The notes under the pieces were generated by a model. The model saw nothing but the letters and a program-made list of their open reading frames with translations. It did not search any database and was not told where the DNA came from. 64,000 bases of DNA, taken from the NCBI GenBank assembly GCA_036381615.1, contig DASVCL010000066.1, forward strand, positions 24,676-88,675, written 5' to 3'. Positions 20,674-31,071 of this stretch are shown here, piece after piece. The position numbers and the translations under genes were made by a program. Numbering within the stretch: the stretch's first letter is position 1; every line of letters starts with the position of its first letter. The stretch is from Alphaproteobacteria bacterium (lineage in GTDB: Bacteria; Pseudomonadota; Alphaproteobacteria; CACIAM-22H2).

Positions 20674-22443
20674 ATGTCCGTGACCGAGCCCCGAAAGACG
20701 TCGGCATTTCATGTCTATCTGCGGGCGTTACGCGAGGTGCGGCATTTCTGGCCGCATCTCGTCCTGATCCTGGTCATGGGGCTCGCCTGGACGCCGATCG
20801 CGCTGGTGACGCCGCTGCCGCTCAAGATCATCGTCGACAACGTACTCGGCACGATGCCGCTGCCCGGGCTCGTGGCGGACACGCTGCCCCGATGGATGAC
20901 GGGAAGCGTGGATGCGGTGTTCGGCCTTGCGATCGGCCTTTCGGTGCTGATCGCCGTCGCCACGCTGGCCTACAAATGGGTCGAATGGGTCGTCCGCGAG
21001 AATGTCGCCGAGGCCATGGTGCACGGCTTCCGCGGCAAGATCTTCGCACGAGCTCTCGAAATCAGCGCGCCGGGGCGCGATGCGGCGGCGACGCAGGACC
21101 TCGCCTTCCGGATCACTTGTGACTCGCCGGCGTTGCAGTGGACGGCGATCTACGGCTTCATCCCGGTCATCACGGCGCTCACGTCGCTTGCGGGCATGCT
21201 TTGGGTCACGGCCGCGATCAGTCCGAAGCTGGCGTTCCTCGCCCTCGTCACCGCCGTTCCGGTAATCGGGCTCGTGCATCTCACGCAGGGGCGTCTGCGT
21301 CGCGAGTGGCATAGCGTGCGCGAGAAGGACAGCGCCGTCCAATGCCAAGTCCAGGAGGTGCTCGGCAATCTGCGGGTCGTGACGACCTTCGGTCAGGAGA
21401 GGGCGGAATCGCGCCGCTTCCTCGACCGCTCCAGGACGTCTGTGCGCGCCAAGCTGCGGGTGATCCGGATGGAGGGGGCGATCGGTTCGGTGCTCGGGCT
21501 TTCGACGGCGCTCGGCACGACCGCGATCCTGTGGCTCGGCGTCCGCGACGTGCAGGCGCAGGTGCTGTCCGTCGGCGATCTCCTTCTCGTCATGGGTTAC
21601 GTCGCCCAGCTCTACGCGCCGCTGCAGCAGATCGGTATGCACATTGCCGGGCAGCAGCAGGCCGTCGCCAGCGCCGAGCGCGCCTTCGAGGTTCTCGACC
21701 AGGAGATCACGGTGACGGATCGCCCCGACGCGCAGGCGCGCGCCCAGGCGATCGGGCATGTCCGGTTCGAGGATGTCACGTTCGCCTACCCGGGTTGTCC
21801 GCCGGTGCTGCGCGACGTGCGTCTCGACGTGCCCGCAGGTACGTGCGTCGGTATCGTCGGCCGCACCGGATCGGGCAAGACCACGCTCGTCAACATGCTG
21901 GTGCGCCTGATGGACCCGGTGGAGGGACGGGTTCTCCTCGACGGCGTTGATCTGCGCGACTGGCGGCTCGAAGACTTGCGGCGCCAGTTCGCCGTGGTGT
22001 CGCAGGAACCCGTTCTGTTCTCGACGACGATCGCGGAGAACATCGCCTATGGCCGCCCCGGCGCGTCGATGGCGGAGATCATCGAGGCCGCGAAGCTCGC
22101 CAGGGCGCATGACTTCATCGCCCGCCTTCCCGACGGATACAAGACCAAGGTCGGCGAGCGCGGCACGCGCCTGTCGGGCGGCGAACGCCAGCGCGTCGCT
22201 CTGGCCCGTGCCTTCCTCAAGGATGCGCCGATCCTTCTCCTCGACGAGCCGACCAGTGCAATCGACGGCACGACCGAGGCCGGTATCGTCGAGAGCATGG
22301 AGCGTCTCATGAAAGGACGCACCACGTTCATGATCGCGCACAGGTTGGCCACGCTGCGCGGTGCCGACATGATCGTCCGCGTCGAGGACGGCACCGTGCG
22401 GCTCGAGCGCCCGCTGATGATCGAGGGGCCCCGCGCGGCGTAA
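20674..22443 (+). CDS. ABC transporter, fused permease/ATP-binding exporter
   Basis: Six-TM domain; Walker A GRTGSGKTT, signature LSGGERQR, Walker B ILLLDEPTSAID; no N-terminal peptidase domain. Confidence 0.9.
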   Translation: MSVTEPRKTSAFHVYLRALREVRHFWPHLVLILVMGLAWTPIALVTPLPLKIIVDNVLGTMPLPGLVADTLPRWMTGSVDAVFGLAIGLSVLIAVATLAYKWVEWVVRENVAEAMVHGFRGKIFARALEISAPGRDAAATQDLAFRITCDSPALQWTAIYGFIPVITALTSLAGMLWVTAAISPKLAFLALVTAVPVIGLVHLTQGRLRREWHSVREKDSAVQCQVQEVLGNLRVVTTFGQERAESRRFLDRSRTSVRAKLRVIRMEGAIGSVLGLSTALGTTAILWLGVRDVQAQVLSVGDLLLVMGYVAQLYAPLQQIGMHIAGQQQAVASAERAFEVLDQEITVTDRPDAQARAQAIGHVRFEDVTFAYPGCPPVLRDVRLDVPAGTCVGIVGRTGSGKTTLVNMLVRLMDPVEGRVLLDGVDLRDWRLEDLRRQFAVVSQEPVLFSTTIAENIAYGRPGASMAEIIEAAKLARAHDFIARLPDGYKTKVGERGTRLSGGERQRVALARAFLKDAPILLLDEPTSAIDGTTEAGIVESMERLMKGRTTFMIAHRLATLRGADMIVRVEDGTVRLERPLMIEGPRAA

Positions 22444-22471
22444 GCGTCGCGGCGTAAGCGCCGCAATGCGG

Positions 22472-23482
22472 CTATCGGTTGACGAAATGGGCGTTGCCGA
22501 GACCGGAGCCGATCGTCAGGATGCCCCACCGTTTTACGTCGCGCATGAACGGCAGCTCGGCCAGGCCCTGGACGACGGCGTCGTTGTGGATCGAGACGGA
22601 CGCGTTGGCGCCGGCGATCCGCGGCAGCCGGGCGGCGAGCTCGCACGACAGGTTGAAGGACCGGTCGGTCCAATCGCCGGGCAGGTTCTGCGTGCCGCCG
22701 AGGATATGGCCGTTTCTGTCGATCTCGCCGGGAACCCCGATGCGGACATGCGGCGACAGGCGGAAGCCGTTGGCATGCGCCTCGTCGATCAGCTTGGTGA
22801 GCATCCTGGCGACGCCCTTGACCAGTTTCTGCTGCGAGGCGCCCGCCTTGCGGTGCTTCCACACGTCGACCAGCCAGACCCTGGCGTCGGCGAGCAGTCC
22901 TGACTTGCGCTGACCGAACTCGACGATCCCGGCGCGGACCTTGCTGCCGCCGATGTCCACGGCGAGGAACCCGTCCTTGCCGACGAGTTGCGACGGCGGG
23001 ATCAGGTGAACCGATCCGACCAGGCCGGCTTCGTTCGGGTGGTGGCTTATCTTCATCAGCCGAAGCCCCCGATGTCTCTTCATGAGCCGCGCCTGGGCGG
23101 CATGGATCGCGATGTCGCCGACATGGCGCGCCGCCATGCCGCCGCCGATGATGATTCGCTCCGTCCGTCGCCAATAGGACCAACGAAGGAGAACCCCGAT
23201 CACCTCGGCAAGGCGCTCGCCGAACTCGACGGCGACCTCGCGGGTTGCCCGCTCTTCAGCATCGTCACCTTCCTCGAGAATATGATCGATGTCGCTTTCC
23301 GACAGGTTCTTGGGAAGGTCGATCCCGCATTCCCGGCATCGCCTCTTGTACAGCTGGACGAAGGCGCGTCCGCTGACCCGGTCACCCAGGAAGTGCCCCG
23401 GCCTGTCGGGGTCCGGAATCTTGGCGCCATAGCCGCTGATGCGCACTTCGGCGCGCGGTTCGGCCCGTTGCAGGCGCGTCAT
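22472..23482 (-). CDS. ROK/ASKHA-family sugar-kinase-like protein with apparent circular permutation
   Basis: IIIGGG (aa 110-115) and EAGLVGS (151-157) precede DIGGSKVRAG (176-185), IHNDAVVQGLAE (298-309) and TIGSGLGNAHF (323-333). Confidence 0.75.
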   Translation of the reverse strand: MTRLQRAEPRAEVRISGYGAKIPDPDRPGHFLGDRVSGRAFVQLYKRRCRECGIDLPKNLSESDIDHILEEGDDAEERATREVAVEFGERLAEVIGVLLRWSYWRRTERIIIGGGMAARHVGDIAIHAAQARLMKRHRGLRLMKISHHPNEAGLVGSVHLIPPSQLVGKDGFLAVDIGGSKVRAGIVEFGQRKSGLLADARVWLVDVWKHRKAGASQQKLVKGVARMLTKLIDEAHANGFRLSPHVRIGVPGEIDRNGHILGGTQNLPGDWTDRSFNLSCELAARLPRIAGANASVSIHNDAVVQGLAELPFMRDVKRWGILTIGSGLGNAHFVNR

Positions 23483-23746
23483 CGGCGGGCGCTACCGGAT
23501 ACGACGCGCCGGCCGTGTCGCGGTGCGCGGCGCCGTGTCGAAGTGACGGCGGGATTGCGTCCGGCGCGCGGGATGCGCTGCGCGGTCGGCCGCGCAAATT
23601 CGGCGCCCGCCTGACGTACCCTGTGCTCGGATGCGTGCGCCGTCGTCGCCGGCAGCATCGGGGCCTCTCCGCGAAGCTGATTGATCGATCAGCTAACGCG
23701 AATGGCCCCGAATTGTTGCTTGATGAACGGCCGGCGTCGGACGCGG

Positions 23747-25594
23747 CTAGGCGCTGACGCGTGCCGGGCTGCGTTGATCGCTGCCCAGGCGCGCACGGAA
23801 CGCGTCGCGCGCATTGGCCAGCTCCGCGGGCAGCCGTTCGCCGAACATCCGGAAAAATGCGTCGTGCGCGTCGGCTTCCTCGTGACCGGCCGCATCATCG
23901 ATCGCCATCAGCTGCGCGAACCGGTCCCGCGGATACTCGAGGCCGCGCCAGTGGATGTCCTCGTAGCGCGGAACCCAGCCCAGCGCCGAGCGCTCGGCCC
24001 CGGCGCGTCCCTGAACCCGATCGACGATCCACTTGAGCACGCGCATGTTCTCGCCGAAGCCGGGCCACATGAACCGTCCGTCGGCATCGCGCCGGAACCA
24101 GTTGACGCGGAAGATCGCGGGCGGATGCGCCAGCGACCGGCCAAGCGATATCCAGTGCCGGAAGTAGTCGGCCATGTTGTAGCCGCAGAACGGCAGCATC
24201 GCCATCGGATCGCGTCGCATCGCGGCCTGGCCTTTCGCCGCCGCCGTCGCCTCGGAGCCCATCGTCGCGGCCATGTAGACGCCGTGCGTCCAATCGAACG
24301 ACTGGAACACGAGCGGCATGTTGCGGCTCATGCGGCCGCCGAAGATAAAGGCCGAGATCGGTACGCCCTGGGGATTATCCCAGTTCGGATCGACCGTCGG
24401 TACCTGCGTGACCGGCGCGGTGAAGCGCGCATTGGGATGCGCGGCCGGCTCCTTGCTCGCCGGCGTCCATTCGCGCCCGCGCCAGTCGATCAGCCGCGCG
24501 GGCGGCGTCTCCGTCATGCCTTCCCACCACACATCGCCGTCCTCGGTCAGCGCCACGTTGGTGAAGATGCAGTTGGCCTCGAGCATCTTCATGGCATTGG
24601 GGTTGGACGTCTTCGATGTGCCGGGGGCGACGCCGAACAGGCCGGCCTCCGGGTTGATGGCGTAGAGACGCCCGTCCGCGCCCCGTTTGATCCAGGCGAT
24701 GTCGTCCCCGACGGTCCAGATCTTCCAGCCTTCGAATCCCTTCGGTGGCACCATCATCGCGAAATTGGTCTTGCCGCACGCGCTCGGGAACGCGCCCGCC
24801 ACATAGGTCCTGTCGCCTTGCGGGCTTTCGACGCCGACGATCAGCATGTGCTCGGCAAGCCAGCCCTCGTCCCGGGCCATGCACGAGGCGATGCGCAGCG
24901 CGAGGCATTTCTTGCCGAGGAGCGCGTTGCCGCCATAGCCGCTGCCGTAGGACCAGATCTCGCGCGTTTCGGGGAAATGCGCGACCACGATGTTCTCCGG
25001 ATCGCACGGCCAGGTAACGTCCCTTTCGCCGGGCGCGAGCGGCCGGCCAACCGAGTGGGCGCAGGGCACGAAATTGCCGTCCGCGCCGAGCACGTCCAGC
25101 ACTGCGCTTCCCATTCGGGCCATGATCCGCATGCTGACCGCGACGTAGGGACTGTCGGTCACCTGTACGCCGATCTGGGCGATGTGCGAACCCAGCGGGC
25201 CCATGCTGAACGGCACGACGTACATGGTGCGGCCGCGCATGCATCCGTCGAAAAGGCGGCGCAGCCGCGCACGCATGTGAGCCGGGTCCTGCCAGTTGTT
25301 GGTTGGACCGGCGTCGTCCTTGTTGGCGCTGCAGATGAACGTGCGGTCTTCGACCCGTGCGACGTCGCGCGGATCCGACCGCGCAAGAAAGCTGTTGGGG
25401 CGCTTCGCCGGATTGAGGCGGATGAACGTGCCCGCGGCGACGAGTTCTTCGCACAGGCGGTCATATTCTTCCTGCGAGCCGTCGCACCAGTGGATGCGCG
25501 CCGGCTTGCAGAGTGTTGCCATTTCGCCGACCCAGCGAGTCAGCTTCTCGTTGCGGCTGGGGCGATTGGTCAACGCTGATTCTTGCACGGGCAT
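23747..25594 (-). CDS. pckG: phosphoenolpyruvate carboxykinase (GTP)
   Basis: [14 protein letters not shown] and FPSACGKTN signatures; start MPVQES at 25594 with GGAGGA SD (the ORF track extends further upstream without support). Confidence 0.95.
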   Translation of the reverse strand: MPVQESALTNRPSRNEKLTRWVGEMATLCKPARIHWCDGSQEEYDRLCEELVAAGTFIRLNPAKRPNSFLARSDPRDVARVEDRTFICSANKDDAGPTNNWQDPAHMRARLRRLFDGCMRGRTMYVVPFSMGPLGSHIAQIGVQVTDSPYVAVSMRIMARMGSAVLDVLGADGNFVPCAHSVGRPLAPGERDVTWPCDPENIVVAHFPETREIWSYGSGYGGNALLGKKCLALRIASCMARDEGWLAEHMLIVGVESPQGDRTYVAGAFPSACGKTNFAMMVPPKGFEGWKIWTVGDDIAWIKRGADGRLYAINPEAGLFGVAPGTSKTSNPNAMKMLEANCIFTNVALTEDGDVWWEGMTETPPARLIDWRGREWTPASKEPAAHPNARFTAPVTQVPTVDPNWDNPQGVPISAFIFGGRMSRNMPLVFQSFDWTHGVYMAATMGSEATAAAKGQAAMRRDPMAMLPFCGYNMADYFRHWISLGRSLAHPPAIFRVNWFRRDADGRFMWPGFGENMRVLKWIVDRVQGRAGAERSALGWVPRYEDIHWRGLEYPRDRFAQLMAIDDAAGHEEADAHDAFFRMFGERLPAELANARDAFRARLGSDQRSPARVSA

Positions 25595-25807
25595 TTTCCT
25601 CCAAGCGCTCGTTCTTGAAGACCGGCAGCGGAGACGCCGGTGGCTCAGGCTCGCCACCATAGACGCACTGTGCTCCCGACAGAATACTCCGAAAAGGGGA
25701 GGCCGCATTGCTATTGATTTATCGGAGACAGGCCTGTGACGATGCTGCGTTGCAACAATCCATTGGATGCGACGCGGCAAGTTACTGGCGCGTACGAATT
25801 CGCGCGG

Positions 25808-26596
25808 CTAGAGGCGCGTATTCCGATCGAGCATCACAACCGCGGGCACGTACGCGATCGGTACGGAGAGCAGAAGCGGAATGGCGCGCCCGTCGTTGGT
25901 AAACACGACTTCGACGTGGCGTGGCGCCGCGTCGGGCCGATCATCGCCGCCGGAATCCCCGTCGAAGCCGGCAATCGGCCGCAGCGTCAGTTGCAACCGA
26001 ACGACATCGATGGATCCGCCATGCCAATCCAGTGTTCCGGCTGTGTCGACCCTGCCGTCGATGTCAAAACGCCGCTTGCCGTCATATACGGCGAGCGTGA
26101 AGTTCTCGCCAACGGCGATGTCGCGTGCACGGATGAACTGACGTATCGCGGTGAGGCTGGACAGCGGATCGATGACGTCGCGCCGGAGCTCTTCGGGCAG
26201 AAGCGGATCGCTGTTCGTATCCAGAGGGCCGTCCTCGGCGACGGTCCCTTCCGCTTTCCGGATGAACTGGACGTTGATGCGCTTGTCGTGCCGGCGTCGG
26301 GAATCGTAGATCGCGTCGTAGGCAGACGGAACGACCGCACCGCCGGCGACGCCTTCACTGGTCACACGCGCCTTGAAGCCCGACAGGAAGCGGGCGAGGC
26401 CGACCGTCTCGATATCGACGCGATTGCGGAAGGCCGCGCCGTCTTCCTCGATCTGCAGCCGGATCTCGGCCGCGGCGCCGCCGCCCCAGGTCGCCGAGTA
26501 GCGCAACGACAGGGTTTCCGTCGCCGAGGCGGGTTGAGCCGGCAGCGCGATGCATGCCGCGAGAGCCGCGGCAAGGAATGGTCGGCGCAGGGTCAT
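25808..26596 (-). CDS. DUF3108-like secreted protein
   Basis: Start MTLRRPFLAAALAAC (26596) gives a signal peptide; ETLSLRYSATWGGGAAAEIRLQIEEDG opening typical of DUF3108. Confidence 0.7.
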   Translation of the reverse strand: MTLRRPFLAAALAACIALPAQPASATETLSLRYSATWGGGAAAEIRLQIEEDGAAFRNRVDIETVGLARFLSGFKARVTSEGVAGGAVVPSAYDAIYDSRRRHDKRINVQFIRKAEGTVAEDGPLDTNSDPLLPEELRRDVIDPLSSLTAIRQFIRARDIAVGENFTLAVYDGKRRFDIDGRVDTAGTLDWHGGSIDVVRLQLTLRPIAGFDGDSGGDDRPDAAPRHVEVVFTNDGRAIPLLLSVPIAYVPAVVMLDRNTRL

Positions 26597-26675
26597 CGCG
26601 AAGACTATAACGTGGGCCGCGCCGGTGAATTCCCGGCGGCCGCCGAATCGGGCCGACGGCGAAACGGCCCCAGTC

Positions 26676-27065
26676 TCAACGCCCGTGCGCGGGCGCAGGC
26701 ACCTTTGCAGGTACGGCCGGATCTCTGGCGGGCATGGCACAGAGCTCGTCCAGGAGCGGGGCGATCCGCCGGTTGAAGTCCTCCTGGCAGGCGACCTGGA
26801 GCGGCGCGATGAACCGGCGGTCCGCCTGCCGCAGGGCGGCGAACATCAGCCATGTGCTCGCCAGCAGAATGGTCGCGGCCGCGATGGCATCGATCATGAT
26901 GTAGGCCTTGGCTGCCAGGGCCAGCGTACCCGCCAAGCCGATCAGAGTGGCGATGCTGAGTGCGCGCATCCGGCGGTTAAGCGACGTTTGGCGCGCGCGG
27001 GCGGCTGGATCGATCGCGGGGAGGCAAACGGGTATCGGCTGCATGGTCCCGCCTCGGCTTTCCAC
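26676..27065 (-). CDS. hypothetical two-TM membrane protein
   Basis: Two hydrophobic helices (LSIATLIGLAGTLALAA, AIAAATILLASTWLMFAAL); start may be ATG 27044. Confidence 0.45.
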   Translation of the reverse strand: MESRGGTMQPIPVCLPAIDPAARARQTSLNRRMRALSIATLIGLAGTLALAAKAYIMIDAIAAATILLASTWLMFAALRQADRRFIAPLQVACQEDFNRRIAPLLDELCAMPARDPAVPAKVPAPAHGR

Positions 27066-27156
27066 GAAGCAGGGACCATCGTTGCCGGAACATGGTTAAG
27101 AAATCGTTCATACGTTCCCGTCTGCCGCCAGGCGACAGTCAAAAGTCGGCGGCAAG

Positions 27157-27405
27157 CTAGGCTGTACGTCGCACCAGGCGATAGATGCCCAGAAGAATGA
27201 CCGCCCCGATCACGGCCCCGATGAAGCCGGCGGCCTCGCCCTCACCGTACCAGCCGACCGCCTGTCCCAGCCAGGTGGCGACGAGCGCGCCGACGATGCC
27301 GAGCAGCGTGGTGACGATGAACCCGCCGGGATCCCTTCCGGGCATCAGGAGTTTGGCGACGATGCCGGCCAGCAATCCGATGATAATCGCGCCGATCCAT
27401 TCCAT
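27157..27405 (-). CDS. GlsB/YeaQ/YmgE-family stress membrane protein
   Basis: MEWIGAIIIGLLAGIVAKLLMPGRDPGGFIVTTLLGIVGALVATWLG is the family consensus. Confidence 0.85.
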   Translation of the reverse strand: MEWIGAIIIGLLAGIVAKLLMPGRDPGGFIVTTLLGIVGALVATWLGQAVGWYGEGEAAGFIGAVIGAVILLGIYRLVRRTA

Positions 27406-27617
27406 GACTGCTCTCCTTGTCGGCTCGCGTGCTCCCCGCAGCCATGACCGGCGCGCCGGAGCTAATACTGGTGCGATGAACGCAGCGACCGCGACTTTGA
27501 TCCGCCTTGGCCGAGCTCTCCGACGGATGTTGCATTATCGCCACGCTGTTTCGCGAATGCGGCATTAACGGCTTGAATTAACTGTTCGGTATTACATCGC
27601 CTCTTACGGTCCGACGC

Positions 27618-27833
27618 ATGCTCAATGCCGATCTCGATCCGCCTAGCCAGGCCGCCCTCACCGCCTATGTCGATGCACTTTATGACGGTGCGAGCGAACT
27701 CGTGGCTCTCTACGCCGCCGTGACAGCTTGGCTGTCGCATCATCCGGGGATGCTGGTGGACGAGGCGCGCGAAATGATCAAATCCCTTCTGGTCGCGCCC
27801 CCGGCGCAGAACGTCGTTCGTCTCCGCGGCTGA
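27618..27833 (+). CDS. hypothetical protein (71 aa)
   Basis: High GC3 ORF in an otherwise empty gap; no family recognised. Confidence 0.4.
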   Translation: MLNADLDPPSQAALTAYVDALYDGASELVALYAAVTAWLSHHPGMLVDEAREMIKSLLVAPPAQNVVRLRG

Positions 27834-27991
27834 GCCTGCCGGCGCGATCGACGAGCAGGACCGCTGCCGGCCATTTCTCAGACATCGCCGTTGGGTCCGA
27901 GGGATCCGGAACAAGAAGAAATCGTCAACGGCCTCTCGATGCGACGGCACCTCGCGTGCATCTGTGCCGGTCGCATCGGCCGGGTCGCGGG

Positions 27992-28606
27992 TCAGCGGCG
28001 CCGCACGCCTGCCTCGGTGACGATGACGTCGAGCGGGATGTCGTGCGGCTGCGGATAGATCGTATCGAGGCGCGAGAGCTCGAAGCCGACGCCGATCGTG
28101 GCCGGGCGCGGGCGGATCGCCGCGAGCGTCCGGTCATAGTAACCGCCGCCATAGCCAAGCCGATAATTTGCGGAATCGAAGCCGACGACCGGCACCAGCA
28201 ATGCCGTCGGCGTCACGACGTTGCGTTCCTTCGGCACGGGAATATCGTACACGCCCGGCTCCATGGCGATGCCGGGCCTCCACGCGCGGAATTCGAGCGG
28301 CCCCTTCTTGTCGACGACCACGGGAAGCGCCGCGCTCCATCCGGCTTCAAGCAGTTCGCGAACGAGCGGGCGCGCGTCGAATTCGCCCTTGAACGGCAGA
28401 TAGAACCCGAGCAACTGGGGTGACATATCGGCGAGAATGCGACTCACGTAATTCTGTACCCGCGCTGCCCACTCCTTGCGGGCTTCCCGCGGTGCCGACA
28501 GCCGGCGCTCCAGCAACTCGTTACGCTTCGCCTTGCGCCACTGCTTTATTTCGGTCCAGTCCATTGGTGTGTTCCGCTGCGGATGTCGACGTGACGGGGT
28601 GCTCAT
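27992..28606 (-). CDS. 5-formyltetrahydrofolate cyclo-ligase
   Basis: LLVPVVGFDSANYRLGYGGGYYDRTL family motif; start at 28606 (MSTPS) or 28564 (MDWTE). Confidence 0.85.
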   Translation of the reverse strand: MSTPSRRHPQRNTPMDWTEIKQWRKAKRNELLERRLSAPREARKEWAARVQNYVSRILADMSPQLLGFYLPFKGEFDARPLVRELLEAGWSAALPVVVDKKGPLEFRAWRPGIAMEPGVYDIPVPKERNVVTPTALLVPVVGFDSANYRLGYGGGYYDRTLAAIRPRPATIGVGFELSRLDTIYPQPHDIPLDVIVTEAGVRRR

Positions 28607-28737
28607 ACTGTCCTGCTCTGCGCCTGACGGCAACGGTAACGCGTTGCCGTGGGTGAAACCGAGTCGTGCGGAACAAACCGCGGCGCTCCGGCTTTGAATA
28701 GTCACCTTTCAACCCGATCGGGATGCAGGAGCGTGAA

Positions 28738-29400
28738 ATGGATAACGTGAGCGCGGCCACGGGCCAGGCGACGACGCGAGGGGGTCAAAGCGTAATTTCC
28801 GTTCTGCAGGATCTGAGCGCGCGCTGCCACGATAGCGAAATCGGCTACCGGCGCGCGGCCGAAGACGCCAGGGATGCCGATCTCAGGCAACAGTTCGACC
28901 AGCTGGCCAACGAGCGTTCGTCGATGGCGGCCGAACTGGATCGCCTGATTCGCGAGCAGGGCGGCGAGCCGACCTGGACCGAGGGCACCATGGTCGGTGC
29001 AGCGCATCGCATGTGGACGGACCTCAGGACCGCCATGTCGCGCAACCACCGCCAAGCCGTTCTCGAGGAGGTTGCGCGTGGGGAGAGCGCGGCGGAAGAG
29101 GCCTATGACGAGGCGCTTTCGCAGGATCTGCCCGACGACGTGCGGCGCATCGTGCAGCAGCAGCATCGGCGCGTGCGCGAGACCCGCAACCGCTATCGCG
29201 CCATGAGCGGCACGACCGGTACGCGGCGCACCGGCGAGCTTGCGCACCGGATGACGGCCGGCACCGGCGCGGTCAGCCAATACATGTACGAGCGGCCGGT
29301 CATGAGCAGCCTCGTCGTCTTCGCGCTCGGCTTCGCCATCGGCGCGCTCACCGTCTCGACCATGATGCCCGAGCAGCCGAGCCGCCGGCGTTACTGGTAG
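28738..29400 (+). CDS. PA2169/DUF2383-type four-helix-bundle (ferritin-like) protein with C-terminal TM
   Basis: LQDLSARCHDSEIGYRRAAEDARDADLRQQFDQLANERSSMAAEL and second repeat AVLEEVARGESAAEEAYDEAL; TM tail. Confidence 0.75.
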   Translation: MDNVSAATGQATTRGGQSVISVLQDLSARCHDSEIGYRRAAEDARDADLRQQFDQLANERSSMAAELDRLIREQGGEPTWTEGTMVGAAHRMWTDLRTAMSRNHRQAVLEEVARGESAAEEAYDEALSQDLPDDVRRIVQQQHRRVRETRNRYRAMSGTTGTRRTGELAHRMTAGTGAVSQYMYERPVMSSLVVFALGFAIGALTVSTMMPEQPSRRRYW

Positions 29401-29480
29401 GGTCCGGGGTTCGCACGCCGCAATTCGGGCACGCCGCGGCGCGACACGCCTTCGCGCATCGGGGCGGTCACCTCGTGACG

Positions 29481-29936
29481 TCAGCGCGCCGCACCCTGCG
29501 CGAGATGCGGTCGGATCCAGTCAAAGAGTTCGCTTTCCAGCATCGCGCCGGCATGACGCGCCACCTCGCGGCCGCGGACGAACAGCACGATGGTCGGTAT
29601 GCTGCGGATCTGGTAGGCGGTCGCCATCGCCGGCGCCTGATCGACATTGACTTTGGCGAAGCGCAACGCCGGCTCGAACTGTTGCGCCGCCGTGACGAAG
29701 TGCGGCGCCATCACGCGGCATGGACCGCACCATGGCGCCCAGAAATCGATCAGCAGCGGAATGTCGCTGCTGCGCAGATGACGTTGTGCGCGCGCCTCCG
29801 TGAGTTCGACGGGTTCTCCGGCAAAAAGGACGCGGTGGCACGCACCGCACTTGCCGCCCTCGGCAAGCCGCGACGCCGGCACCCGGTTGGTCGCGTCGCA
29901 GTGCGGGCATACGACATGGATGGTCTTTTCCTTCAT
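29481..29936 (-). CDS. trxC: thioredoxin 2 (zinc-finger thioredoxin)
   Basis: N-terminal CPHC...CGAC zinc finger plus WAPWCGPC active site. Confidence 0.9.
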   Translation of the reverse strand: MKEKTIHVVCPHCDATNRVPASRLAEGGKCGACHRVLFAGEPVELTEARAQRHLRSSDIPLLIDFWAPWCGPCRVMAPHFVTAAQQFEPALRFAKVNVDQAPAMATAYQIRSIPTIVLFVRGREVARHAGAMLESELFDWIRPHLAQGAAR

Positions 29937-30306
29937 CCCGAGACTCGCAGGTGATCGGCCACGCGGCGGGCCGCCACGTGACCCCTTGCCGGGCAGGGCA
30001 GGGATCGTATCTGGCGTATCCGCCGTCTCCTTTGGCCGGGAGCCTGGCCGTCCGGGGCCCCATCATGCGCCAACGCGGGAACGGCGGCTTTGATCCACAC
30101 CACCCCGCTGCCTTCGCAGGCCGATCCTCTGCGTGAAGGGACGCTGCACCGTTGCAGGCGGTCCGACTCGCCCTGATATGCGAGCGACGTCGGACACGGT
30201 GTGTCCCGGTGAGGACATGGCACCCCCGCGCCGGCATCGGATTGACATCGGGGGGCAGGAGCGGCAAGGGTGGCGCCGCGTCATTCGGCGCGGCTTGCCA
30301 CCTCCC

Positions 30307-31071
30307 GTGAAACCGACACATTCCGATCCCAAGACTTCGGCGCAGTGCTATCCCGTCGATCACGGTTCGCCGTATCGCGCGGCGCTGGCCGGCATGCGCG
30401 AGGCGTGCGGCGCGCCGGCGCTCGTGCTCGGCGCGAGTTATCTCGGCTTCGGCTCGCTGGTGCGGGAGACGGGCTTGAGCCTCGGCGTCGGCCTGTTCTC
30501 GACCATCAGCACCTGGGCGCTGCCGGGACAGATTGCGCTCGTCGAGCTCTATGCGCTCGGCGCTTCCGTGGTGGCGATCTTCATCGCCGTGGCGCTGACG
30601 AACGCGCGCATGATGCCGATGACGATCACGCTGATGCCGTTGCTGCGCGTGCCAGGTCGCCCGCATTGGCGCAACTATCTGGCCGCGCACCTGGTCGCAG
30701 TGACCGGATGGGCCGTGGCGATGATCCGCTGTCCGGACATGCCGCCCGCACAACGCATGCCGTTCTTCGTCGGCTTCGCCGGGACCATCCTGGGCGCCGC
30801 TCTTGCCGGCACCGTCGCCGGCTTCCTGTTGTCCGGCGTCGTGCCCGTGGCCGTGTCGCTCGGCCTCGTATTCGTCAACCCGATGTACTTCATGCTGCTC
30901 TTCCTGGGCGACCTGCGACATCGCGGGCGCGTGCTCGCGCTGGTGTGCGGGGCGGTGGCCGGACCGCTCTTTCATCTCGTGACGCCGACCTGGGATCTGT
31001 TGCTGACCGGCGTCATCGGCGGTGTTCTCGCCTTCGCGATCGACCGGCAGCTGAGGCGACGACATGTCTGA
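30307..31071 (+). CDS. azlC: AzlC-family branched-chain amino acid exporter subunit
   Basis: GASYLGFGSLVRETGLSL...ALPGQIALVELY...TNARMMPMT typical AzlC; start uncertain (ATG 30217, GTG 30307 or ATG 30394). Confidence 0.8.
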   Translation: MKPTHSDPKTSAQCYPVDHGSPYRAALAGMREACGAPALVLGASYLGFGSLVRETGLSLGVGLFSTISTWALPGQIALVELYALGASVVAIFIAVALTNARMMPMTITLMPLLRVPGRPHWRNYLAAHLVAVTGWAVAMIRCPDMPPAQRMPFFVGFAGTILGAALAGTVAGFLLSGVVPVAVSLGLVFVNPMYFMLLFLGDLRHRGRVLALVCGAVAGPLFHLVTPTWDLLLTGVIGGVLAFAIDRQLRRRHV

